Source of the DNA: Peribolospora baueri
Taxonomy: Eukaryota
Direction: 5' to 3'
Assembly: GCA_029717555.1 (NCBI GenBank)
Contig: JAMDHS010000022.1
Span: 186,001 to 250,000, forward strand
Length of the DNA stretch: 64,000 nt
Part shown: positions 48,351 to 60,370 of the stretch, in pieces
Position numbering within the stretch: position 1 is the first letter of the stretch
Layout of the letters: every line of letters begins with the position of its first letter
Position numbers and translations under genes: made by a program
Notes under the pieces: generated by a model
Told to the model about the DNA's origin: nothing
What the model saw: only the letters and a program-made list of their open reading frames with translations
Database searches by the model: none

Positions 48351-49403
48351 GTGGCTTGCCATGATTCAACTAAGCCAGCGCAGACCTTGCAAGGGCTTGG
48401 CTATCGCCGTAGCTTCGAAAAAAATCACAGCACACCATTCTCATTCGATCAACGGTCTTCCAACGTCTCGTAGTCGTCTATGCTATGACCAAAGGAATCC
48501 GGTACGTGAATATACTATGGCCAAGGACAGGCGGATTGATGCTAGAGGCTGCTGATATGCGCTGGGATGATTGGTGGAAACTTCCGAATAGCGATTGAGG
48601 ATTGCTCAGTCCCTCGTACGCTCAATAGGCAATTTTGTTCGCCATGATCGTGAATTGCTTGTCCTTGCGCCGCTCCCTAGCCCATACCAGCGATGGTGTA
48701 TCTCTCTGAGCTGTTGGGAAAAGCGCGGTCTGAGGTGAATCTATTTCTCTATTTGTACTTCTTCTCTCGTACTCACTTCAGGCACTACATTTCCCAGTAG
48801 TAGCAATGGTCGGAGACAACGGTCGAGGTGAAAGAGGCAGAGAGAGCAATGGCCCCAGGGTAGCGGACCTGCTAAAGACCTTGAAGATGTAAACGGGGAT
48901 GCTACGCCTGGTCGCAACGTCGACGCTGTGGTGGGCGTCGGAATAGTCAAAGCAGGTGCGGTTGATGTCGGTATGGGCGCCTAGCAGAGGACGAGGTTTG
49001 CGAATGTATCGGAAGACACGTCTGGCGACTGCATAATGCTCGGCCGACGGATTGTTCGTGTCATGGCGTTGCTCTCGCGGAGAGTCTGCCTTGCTTCGGC
49101 GTAACGACGACGATGGGCTTTGGCTTTGGGGAACGGCGGTCCATCAGCGACGTAACATGTCTGAGCGTTCTGCCATGCACCATCTCACCATGTTGATCCG
49201 CCCTAATGGTATAGCCAACCCGTCTCACGTATAGACAGGGCGACACTATGCTTATAGACAGGGTTGGGATTACCAAACATTGTTCACACCATGCCTTCCT
49301 CGTAGTGGTTTGCGTCATCGGGTATACGTACACGTGTGAGGCCACATAGACAGATCGAGAGGAAGAACACCGAACGAGAGGGAGGGGACGGGGGCAAAGG
49401 GAG

Positions 49404-52400
49404 TCAGAGCTCGTCGAGGAGGTCGGAAAACTCTTTCCCCAGGGACGGGCTGGGGGCACGCTGGATAAGCTCCGCCAGCTTCGCCCTGTCGTTCCTCGTC
49501 CTCGCCTCCTTACCGGCCAGGCTCCATTTCCCGCACAGGACGTACATCTCCGCTCTGTTCCTCCCCTCGCAGCGCCCGACGTACGACAGGGCCTGGTCGA
49601 GGTAGTGCGCCTGCACGAGGAGCTGCACGAACGGCTCATACCCGATCGGGGACTTTTTCGATTTCGCCATCACGTCTAGACCGTCAAAATCGCGGATCGC
49701 AATCAGCGCTTTGATCTTGACGTACCAGAACCTGAGGACGGGCGGGAGAAAAGAATTAGAAGGTGGATGGGAGAGAGCGAGACGAGACGGACGTCACATC
49801 GACGACTTGAGCTCACCTCTTATCAGGCACTTTGAACTCGCTCTTGATCTTGTCTGCTTTTTTGCTCATGTGTTTCATGATGCACATCCGGATCGTCTCG
49901 TTGACGCTCAAGCCCACGAACGTCGCCCTCCCCGCCGCCTCCTTTTCGAGCGCCTGTTGCATCGTGAGAAGCCGCGCCTGCTCGTCCGTCATCTTTGCCG
50001 GCCGACGATCGGTCCAGGCGGGAATAGGATGGAGTGGATAAAAGAGCTCGATCGGTTAGTCGCCGGACGTGAACAAGCCCGTTAGGAGAGAGGAGCCGCC
50101 CCTCCCTCCCCTGGGGGCCTTTCTCTCACCTTTGCCTCCAAGGTCCGCTCCTTGTCCTCGGAAAAGAACTTGTGGGCCGTGCGGACCTTTGCGATCTTCG
50201 CGTTCACGTCCTGCCACCCATTTGGGAAGGCGAAAGCGGGGATGAAATGAGCGCCCAGTTCCCCGTCGCGGATGACGGCGAAATTGAATTCGACGTGAAA
50301 GAGAGGGCAGAGGAGGATGGACTCGGCTCAGCTTGGTTCGGCTCAGTTCGGCTCAGCTCACCTCGGCCGCTCTGCCTTCTTCCAGCGCGAGACAAGCGCT
50401 TTCGGTCCTCCGATCGTCCTGGTAATAAAAGTCCCTTAGCAGGTCTCGGTCCTGGTCCTTGGCGTACACCTCAAGCAGGCTCGCGGCAAGAGAAAGAGTG
50501 CAGTTGCCCGCCGCACCACCCGTCGTCGCGCCGGTGTCGGTAGAGGCAGCCGAGGAGGGCAGGACGAGACTGAGCGATCTGGAGGGTGCGAGAGAAGGAA
50601 CGGGAGGAGGCTGTGGAGCTTCGATGAGGCGGAAGAAGTCGCCGCGAGAGAGCTTGCCCTTGAGGTGGAGGAGTACGTGGTAGACTGGCGGAAGGCAAAC
50701 ACGACATGTCCATCACGTCCCCCGGGTCAGTGCGATCAACCATGTCGATAGCATCCCTTGTCGATAGCATCCGATGACCGGCCGGAAACCAAGCTCACCT
50801 AGATCGGTATCGCCGCTGTCGACGGCCTTAATGAGCGCCAGCTTGTCCTCTTGCATGTTGAGCAGCAGTGGCACCTGGTCTTCCGCCCGCGCTTCATGAT
50901 CCAGGAGCTGGCAGGAAAGAATAAAAAATAAAAAAAAGTGGAGGCAACGGACGGAGCCACATGTACGTTCAGCATTGATCGACCAAGGAATGAAGGCAAG
51001 GCGCGTCGCCCGATCCATCGTCCGTCCGTTCTCTTCTGCTTCGCACCTTGGTCGCGAGCCTCGTCCTGCCCGCCGTCCACGCCGTCCTCGCGATCTCTGC
51101 ATATCCCACGCTCGGCTGCTCCTCGAACTTTGCCACGATCTGCCGGCACACCTCGTCGTCCTCCGCGTCTGCTCTCGCCCCGCGACTCGCCCCGCCAACG
51201 GGGCCGTGAGACGAGCGCGCGATCTTCGCTCTGGCCCAGTGGATGAGAACGGGGTCTGGACGGAGGTCGAGGAAAGAAGAAATGCGGAGTGAAAGCAGGT
51301 GGTGGTTGAGGGCAGTGAGGCGGGCCACCAGAGCTTCCGGGAAGAGATAGGTGTACCTGACCGGCGCGGGGGTTTGAAGGGGGAAAGGCAATCATGTGAG
51401 AGTCGGTGAGCGGCCATCCGCACACGTTCAGACCAAATACCGTACGTATTCTGGCACCGTCGTCCCATTCGACTCACTGATCGTAAGTGATCGACAGACC
51501 GATCTCCCAATACCGGGCGGCGTTGAGCACGCGGAGCGTCCTGGACATGTCGACAAACTCGGTCGGGTTGTAGAGGTCCAGGAAGGACTTGCCAAAGGAG
51601 GCAGCCTGGACGGGAGGGTGGATATCGGATCGAAAGAGGACGGGGAGGTAATTGAGCCAGTGCTGGCTGAACGGACGATCTTCTCGACGCGCGAAGCGCA
51701 CCTTCATCAACTTCCTCTGCCAAAACACCTCCCACTCGTATGCCGCCGCCTGCACGCAAGTGTCGACGGCCTTGGCGAGCTCGCTGTGGATGCTGCGCAA
51801 GCCTTCGTCCGCCTTGGGAGACTTGCGCTCAAAGTTCTCGAAGGCGTCTAAAAGGATCGCGCCTGGGTGGGTGGAGCCGGGCAGGAAGACGTTGTGTGAC
51901 GCTTCTGTGGGTAGACATATGTCAGTCGGAGCCAGGGGAAGGAGGGGGAGCAAAAGAGATACGACCGCGAACAGGAGATGGTTCATCTAATCTCGATCAC
52001 ACACCGTTCGAAGCGGGATAAACATACGTCACTTACGAGGGACTTTCTGGAGAAACTCGCACTGGTCCTTGCTCAGGATCCGCAAGCCGTCGATCTCGCC
52101 AATGAGGTGTACGGGGGACGAGTAGGCAAATCTGATGGCGATTTCCGTTCGAGGACCAGGGTGAGATGTACTCCGACTGGACACGAAGCCGACAACGTCA
52201 TCCTCCCCACCGGAGGACTACGGGTCCTCCTTCCCGTTTCAAACTCACCGCAAAAAGTCACCGAACGGAGCGACCATGTAGACCTCCTCCTCCCACGCAA
52301 GCACGACAGTGTTGTCTCCGCACCACACGATCTGCCTCGGGCTCTGTGGCACGTTGCCGTCGGCATCGGACGGGATAGGGGCGTCTCCGATGGAATTCCG

Positions 52401-53531
52401 AACCACAGCGGCGGTGTCAAACTCGGACAAATTACGCTGGAAGTCAGCGCTCACGACCCACAACTTTCCGTCTTGGGTGAGCAAAGCGAGGAAACGGCCG
52501 TTGGGGGAGGGAGCGATGGCGAGGAAGGGCCCGCGGGAGAGGCGTTGATCTTCGGAAGAGAGGGAGTCGACCGTTAGAATGGTGTTTGAGGTGGCTACAA
52601 TGACGGATGTGGAAGGCGCCGAAGTCTGGTTTGGGGTGAGGAGGGCCCAAGAATGCGGAGGAGCGGACAGGCCTGATGACGGTGACATGGTGACGGGGTG
52701 TCGGGAACAGGGGCAAAAAGAGAAATGAGCGCAAGGTCTTCGGTAGGAGAGAAAAGCAGACTCACCGGCGCTGGCGAGCACCTGCGTCCTGGATGGTTCC
52801 CATCCTCGCACTTCGACAAAGCTCAAACTGCCCGTCAGCGCCACGAGGCCACCCTCATATATTCTGGCATCAATGACGCCGGTCTCCGCCGCCTCTGTGC
52901 CCAAGCTGTGAGTGGTGAAGGAGCTGAACCCGCCGGCGGTGGCGGTGCTGCTAGAAGACGTGGCGGGGGTTGGGGCAAGAATGGTATAGAGACGATAGGA
53001 GCCATCTTCCGAGAGGATGCAGAGACGAGAGGAAGAGGTGAAACCAAAGGCGACGATCTTGCCTTGGTCCCACTGCGGCCGGAGACGAGAGCCAATGCGA
53101 CGTCAGTCGCAGTCGTTCGTTGGTCGTTTGGGAAACGACCAATGATCTGCTGGCTTGGTAAAGCTGGCCGTCCGGCTCACCGGGATGGTCTCAATCAGAG
53201 CGCCGGCGGAAGTGTAGATGAGGATCTTGGGCTTGAGCAAGGTCTGCTTGCCGAGGGCGATGAGCTTGGAGTCGTCCCGGACGAGCGCTGACAAGGGAAG
53301 AAAAGAGCAAATGTGAGGGGGCGTCCTCTTTTCCATTCGCTTCCACTCGCCACCTGCCTCTCCTTGTGCGGTGGGCCGCACAGCGCACTCACCAACAAGA
53401 CCGCCGAAGCGTTCGCCGGCGACGCGGTACTCGCTGAGGTCGACGCCCCAGGAGAGAGAATAGAACTCTTGCTTCCTGTAGAAGACGTCCTGGAGGGAGG
53501 ACCAGGTAGTGGTGGGGTGAGGAGGCGGCAT
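49404..53531 (-). CDS. VPS16: Vacuolar protein sorting-associated protein 16 (HOPS/CORVET), multi-exon
   Basis: HPTTTWSSLQDVFYRKQEFY, SPNGRFLALLT, QIVWCGD, AASFGKSFL, LRVLNAAR, LLDHEARAEDQVPLLL, AVDSGDTDL and KSKKSPIGYEPFV. Confidence 0.95.
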
Positions 53532-53942
53532 GCTCGCTGACTGTTGTCCTTGCCGCTCCGACCTGCTTTGCTTCGTTGCTCCTAACCGGTCGGCGGCGGT
53601 CTTGTCTTGTCTTCCTATCGAGCCGCTGCTCGTTCGACGCCGCCTCGTCGATCAAGGGTCACGTGCCGGCTCGGTCGACGGCTGGGCCTGCTCGAGGTGC
53701 GACGCTCAGGGGCTTGCCTCAGCCAGCTTGCGGAAGCGCCTTTCATGGGTCGTCAGCGACCACGGCTGAGGACGGACGGCAAGGAACGGCACACTTAACT
53801 TGACTCTTGACTTGAACGATACGCTCGGATCATCGTCCTTGGCGTCTACTACCTCACCCGTCCGCGAACCCATTCGCCGAAGCACCGCCGTCTGGCTGTT
53901 GCTGAACCAGCTCGTCCCTCGTTCTGTCGCAGGCTCGGCGAC

Positions 53943-55330
53943 ATGCCTCCGACTACTACGCTGCTTATAGGTACGGCCGTCGCGGCAGCCTCCGGTGCCG
54001 GTCTTTTCTGGAAGAGGAGGGACAAGGCCTCGGACGCGGACGTCGCAAGCGAGAGCATGGCTGACACCCCGTCGCCGGCGCCCAAGCTCGACGGCGTCGC
54101 ATACTACAATCCGCTTGAGTTCGGAGGGAGCATGTTCGAGGTCGGTCTCCATCTCGCTCTTGCCCTGCTCCTACTTCAGACGGCCTTTTGACCGACGGAC
54201 TGCACTGTCTATCAACTCCACGATGCCGTGTGTCTTGGTCACAGCGAGTGGATGTGGGCGTCGGCGAGCCACTGAATGTGATCATCTCCGGTCTGTCGGA
54301 CCCCATCATTCTGACCACGGACGGGCTCCAGAACTACCTGCGGTGCGCCCGCGTTCCACCCTCTATCACGCTCGGCCCGACGGCTCGACGCGTCTGACCA
54401 TGCTCTTCTTCCTCTCTTCCCAACGCACCCCCTAGTTCGCTGAGCTTCGATCGCGAGTGCTTGGGCCTGCACGCGGGCGGCCATATGCAGGCTTTCCTCG
54501 ACAACAGGGGCTACAGGGACCAGAGTTGGGAGTACCGAGAAGTGAAGACTTTCTCGTAGCACGACCGTCTCTTTGAGAGGACCGGCATAGCAGTCCACTC
54601 ACCCTACCCTTGTGCTACCTGTCTACCTCTCCCTTAGATTTTCACCGAGCTGGGCCATGTCTTCGGGGCCTGCTTCGAATCGCTTGTGGGGTATGTGGCT
54701 CATGGGCGCCTCCTTAGGCTATCCTCTTCCCCCTACTCCGTCCGTTCTTACTGTGTGCGCTTTTTTTTGATTCTCGTATTTCAGGGGAAATCACCTCCGG
54801 GCCAATCAACAGAATGGCTCTAGCGCTTGGTTCCTCGCCGTGTCCAAGGAGCAAGCGAGTAGTGGCCCCTTTTTGTCCTACCCCAGCCGTCGGCGTTGAG
54901 AGCTCGGCCGCTCGCACATCCTGACCATGTCCCTTACCCCCCTTCTCCTCTCGGACGGACCGTAGGACGTAACCAAACACCACGACATCGTCCCGAATGG
55001 TTATGACTTGGGCCGCGACGAGCTGGTGACCAAGGCCACCGTGGCCGGTGGGACGGAGTATGACGGCCAGAAGTATGTCACCACCGTCGAGTGGGTCGAC
55101 GGACTACTTCCCTCAGGTTCCGCTGGCGTCAATCACGGTGAGCGACAAGAGGCTGAGGCTCCCCCACCCCCCGGGCGCGCGCACGACGCCGTTCGTCGTC
55201 CAGGCGCGACCCTCTGACGGCGCTTCCCCCCACGTCTGTCGTGTCTCTCCGCAACCGTCTTTTGGACCCGGATGGCTCAGGCATCTCCATCGACGGGCGC
55301 GTGGCCTTGCTCACCGTCAAGCTCGCGTAA
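53943..55330 (+). CDS. Conserved fungal hypothetical protein with hydrophobic N-terminus (possibly secreted), 7 exons
   Basis: Spliced frame YYNPLEFGGSM...GEPLNVIISGLSDP...ECLGLHAGG...GACFESLVGGNH...WFLAVSKE...HDIVPNGYDLGRD...GVNHGISIDGRVALLTV, with consistent splice sites. Confidence 0.8.
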
Positions 55331-55938
55331 GCGACTTCCCCGAACGACATCGCCCCTACCATAGCGATTTCCATTTCGATTTCCATTCTGAAGCCCTTCT
55401 CTTCTTGGTCATCATTCGTTCCTTGCATCGTTCTCCAGGAGCGCGACGGTGGGGTATGTACACGTATTGACGTGGAAATCGAAATCGTTACAATCGGAAA
55501 AGCGGACAGGACAGGACGGAATCGCTTGCGCGTATGTGTTCGACAAACCGACGCTGCTGGCATACCAAGGGAGAGGATCGGATCCAAGTGCGACGCCTAA
55601 GAGTTCGAGGCTGGACGGGGGAGAGGCGAGAGGGCAGACGTACCGAGACGGGGCATGGTAATACACCGACGGGGTTCAAGAGAGCCGAAACGAGGAGACC
55701 GGGCGATCGGAACAGGAAAAACAAACGAAATTGCCTCGCACATAATAAGGAACTTCCAAGCTACGAATGGGATGCGTGTATGAGTACGAAGAGAGAGTGC
55801 GATAATCGGAGGTCGCGGTTGCGTGTATGAGTGCGGCGAGAATATGAGATGTACGGAGGTCGGTCAGAGGCGAGCGATGTCGGGAGAAAAAAAACGGAAG
55901 AACAGCTACTTGAAGCTGCCAAAGCGAGGGGAAGCACG

Positions 55939-58900
55939 TCACGGCGGTGTCATCTTCTTGCCTTCGGGGCTTTCGCCGCTGCTCGGTGTCGTCCGGGCGG
56001 TGGAGGCGTCGAAACGAGACGAAGAAGCCGAGGAGGAGCCAGAGTTGGAACTATTGCGGAGCGGATGAAGCGACGTGTATATCTTCAAACCTCCGAGAGC
56101 CGCCAACTCCTCCTTGAGCTTCTTGTTCGCCAGTTTAAGACTGTGAAGCCTGTCACACAGGGTGAGCGAAGTCAGTCAAATCGGTGAGGTGAGTCGGTCC
56201 ATACAATCACCACCCAGGCCGGAGAAAGGAAAAAAAAAGACACGCAAAAGCAAGACTCACTCGAACTGCCACGACGTCGACTTGGTTACATCGATCTCCT
56301 CCAATAGGTGACCAGAGTAACCCATGTAACGCAGTGAAGGCGCCCTCCGGCAGGCGTCCATGGGTAGTGGCCGATCGTCCAAACTTGGCCTGCGCCCAGC
56401 CATGTGAAGCGCTGGAGCACCTATGAACGGCAATGTCAATCTCCTTGTCTGGGCGGCGCTCTCGGCGGTCTGGACGACAGACGGGTCGACCGAGTCTACC
56501 ACCCTGCTCTGGCAGATGACAGACGTCTGCTTGGGTTCGTTGACGTTCTGCTCAGCCTGCGACGCGAACGTGGGGTCGGGCATGGACTGAGGGCCCGACG
56601 GGTAGAAAGTCGTAATGACGTCGACGTACTTGCCCTCTTTGTTCCGCAGCCGGTGACGCAAGCTCGTACGGCCAGAGGGACCAAAGGGCAGGCGACCATG
56701 GGCCAGCCGTGAATCGGACCAGCCGTCGGTGTCGGCGCCAAGCACGGGTGCATCGGGGGCCACGCTTGCCGTCGTCAGATATTGAGCGCGACCAACATGC
56801 TGAAGCGCCCTCCTCAAGTCTGTGATCAAATCGCTCTGGACGAGCTCGTACAGAGACGTGCCGACCATTTCGGCAGGCGTGTAGCCCAGGACACCTTTAA
56901 CGGCCGAGGTGGCATTGAGATAGAGGCCGTCGAAACTGAGCTTGGCCCAGAACTCGCGGTCGCCAAGCCCTCCAGCCTTGCGGATCTCCTCCCGAGCGAT
57001 GCGATAGACAGGCCTTTCGCGTGCGGCGAGCACGACGCACTTGCGGCCCTTGCCGGTCTCCAAATGGAGCTTGCCCTGACACTCAATCCACACATAGCCG
57101 CTGAACTTGCGACGGATGCGGAAAAGCAGGTCGACCGTCGGACCGCCCTGACCGCGGCCTCCGGGCGCGCCGTGAGGACCGGGTCCAGCCTTCTTCGCGT
57201 TGGCAGCCGACGCAGCCGCGGTGGTGGCCGAGATGGTGGCGTTGGATGTCGAGTCCTTGAGCTCTCGCATGATGGGCACGATATCGCTCGGGTGGCAGAT
57301 CTCGGAGATGGACTTGCCAATCATCTCCGTGGGGTCATATTCGAGGACGCGCTTCGCGCTGGGTGAGACGTACCTAGTGCCGCCAGAGGCGGAGGGCAGT
57401 CGAGAGAGGGATGGGTAAGCGACTGCGTATGTTCACCTTGCTGGCTTTGTGTGAAAGGACCACCCGCGGCGTGACTCACAGGAACGAGCCCTTCAGACTG
57501 AGAACGCAGATGACGTCGTGTGACTGCTCGAGAAAAATTCTGGACCACTGCCGGTGATCCTCCACGCCGGAACCGATCATCTCCACGACATCGCTGGCGG
57601 GAGCACCTTCGGAGACGGGGTCGCTCTTGACAGCGGCAGGCGGGGCCGGCAGAGGCGGCACGGGCGGCTGGACGTTGGAATAATTGACCGTGTACGAGCC
57701 GTCGTCCATCTTCTTGAGGATGGAGCTCGGCTGTTCGACGAGGTCGACCTGGAAGCCGATGAAGAAGTCGGTGTCGCCGCCGTCGGTCATGCTGACGGGG
57801 ATGATGGTGACGAGGTTGATGAACGGGTTGCCGTTGCGCTTGTAGTTTATCAACGAGGCTTGCACCTCCTTGCACGAGGCAAGGTGTTTCTTCAAGTGGT
57901 GACAAGCAGCGTTGTCGGTATATCGTCGTCTGCTTCCCTGAGCGACCTGCCCGTCGGGCGCCTGAAGGAACCTGCAACCCTTGCCGATGACCTCGGGCGC
58001 CTGGTAGCCGGTCAACCTGGTGAACGTGTCGGAAACGTACACGATGGGTAGGTCGGGCTGCCTGGCGTCCGAGACGACGAAGGAGCAGGACATGTCAACC
58101 GGTCCGATGGCGATACGACGGTTCGGCCTGGTCTGCACCCGTGCGAGGATGCTGACCACGTCAAAGCCGCTGGACGAGTAGAAGCCAGGGAGGGAGCCGC
58201 CACGGGCGACGTCCCGTTGAATGGCGGCGCTGGCACCGGCATCGACGATCAGATCCGGAGACGTGCTCGAATTGACGGTCAAACGAGCTGTGTCGCGGAC
58301 GGCCGTGGCAGGAGAGGAAGGGCCGACGATATTCCAGGTGCTCGCAACGCCGAAAGGGTACGATTTTGGGTCGTTCATCTGCAGCGGAGCGGGACTGCCT
58401 CCCGCGTCGAGCAGTCCGGAGCCGCGCTTAGTACCCCGGCCGCTGACGCGAATCGCGTCGGCGCCGGAAAGACTTTGCGACGGACGGCCAGGCGACGTGG
58501 CGATGGACAAAACGTCGGGCGGCTGGCCAAAGACAGAAAGCGAAAGCGTACGACTGTGCGCGCGAGACGGGACGCTATTGAGGACCCGCTGGTTAACTTG
58601 GTTCAGAGCTGGTCCGGGGGACGCGCTGATACTATCTGCGGTATTCCGCCGCCCGGTCGCGACGGCTGTCGGATATAATGCCGCGTATTGACTCAGAGAG
58701 GATTGCAGCTGAGCGGAAGGATGAGCGGCGGTCTTCGAGCGGTCGGCCGCCGTCGTGGGCCGGGGGCCGACCGTCATCGACGTTAACTGAGCCGCATCGT
58801 TTTGCGGAGACAAGGCGGCCGGGCGGTCGAGGGCCAACTGCATCTGGTCGCTGGATGCGGTGGTGAAGCTTGGCGGCAGCCTACCCGACGGGTCCCAAGT

Positions 58901-59473
58901 AAACGACGGGGACGCCGACACATCCAACCTGTTGGCGCCCAACGCATCCACACCACTGAGTAGACTCTCGAAATCCGCTCCAGACCAGGCCTCGCCTCCC
59001 CCGAAGTTCATATTGCCAATGTCAACACCAACACCTTGCCCTGCTGCGCCGCCGCCGCCGCCGCCGCCATCGACGGACGCCTTCAATGCACCGTTCATCG
59101 CATTCGCGCTCGCGGACGTGGAGGAAGTGGGGAAGGACGGGACGTGAAGGGGGACGGCGGGATCGAAGGCAACGAGGTCGACGCCGTGAAGAGCGGCCTC
59201 GTCCTGTGTGGAGACAGAGGAGCGCATGTTCGAGGCGTTCTCGGCGCCAACCAGGTTGTTGGCCAAGACGGTAGGCTGGAGCGAAGGATGCGAGAAGGCG
59301 ACGTTCATATCGCCACCGGGGTCGTCGAGCTCGGGGGCCGCCTTTTTGGCGCCCTCGGTGACCACAGGCGATGAGGGATGTCCGCCGTGTTCGCTGGTCT
59401 TGAGGAGGCTTGGGTCATCGGCGGAGATGGGAGGGGTGACGAGGAAAGAGCTGACATCGAAAGGGGAAGACAT
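55939..59473 (-). CDS. wc-1: White Collar-1 blue-light photoreceptor (LOV plus two PAS domains, no GATA finger), 3 exons
   Basis: FYSSSGFDVVSILARVQTRPN...IGPVDMSCSFVVSD, GKGCRFLQAPDG, LINYKRNGNPFINL, DVICVLSLKGSFLYVSPS, CHPSDIVPIMRELKD, GKGRKCVVL and SWQFELHSLKLANKKL. Confidence 0.94.
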
Positions 59474-60370
59474 AGTAGCTGAAGAGGAGGAACGAGGGCG
59501 AGTGGATGGGGGCAAACAGAGGGTATCGGTGCGGATCGGAGAAGATGAGATGGAGAGACGGCTTTGACGGCTCGTAGGGGCTCGAGCGATAGCGGCAGGA
59601 TACTAATACGAGCTCAGAAGATGCGCGTAAGGGACGGGAAATCGTCGTGGTCGTCGTCGGCAGGCGAGGTGAGCTATAGAGAGGGACGTGGTGAGGGAGT
59701 TGCGTACGAAGGCACGCCCATCCGCCGAAGCAAGTCGGCGAGAAAGGAGGGAGGGTCGAGTCGAACTAGACGAGTCTCAAAGACGGTGCGAGGACCGGCG
59801 CAAACAGCAAAGACAGGAGAGCCTGGCTCCTTTTCTTCATGCGACAAGTGCGATGATCCAAAAAAGAAACGAAGGAAAAGGAGGACGGCAAAAGGGTGGA
59901 AACAAAGATGTTCGTCCTTAGCCGAGGCGAAGTGATGTCCCAAGGAAGGCCGTTAGAGATAGGGAAGAGAATGCGTTATTCAAGAGGCGGCGAGGACGCG
60001 CGACCGTGGGCGGTCAACGGAGGCGATCGAAGGTCGCGTAGGGATAACGGGACGCAATTGGAGCAGTCGACGGCCGAAAGCGGAGGAGGTGCGGGGCGCC
60101 TTGGGGGGCGCGGACGAACGGGGAGGGAAGGAAGGGAAGGAAGGATTACGACGGCTGTCATCGACGGCGTCGACGACGACGAGGGAGGGGATCGTAATCG
60201 TAATGGAGGTTGGGATCGTGGACGGAGGTGGGAAGCCAAGGACGAGGAACGGGGAAATGGGGAAGCTGACTGCGGATCATTTACAAATTCAAGTAACAGT
60301 ATACAATGACAGGCGCGGCCGACGTGACGCCCAAGCGCGCACACACTCGCCACAGAGGCGACCGCGGACG

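Noticed and set aside
55939..56150. Missing GATA zinc finger in WC-1 as a novelty
   Set aside because: This is an established trait of basidiomycete WC-1 homologs such as Cryptococcus Bwc1.
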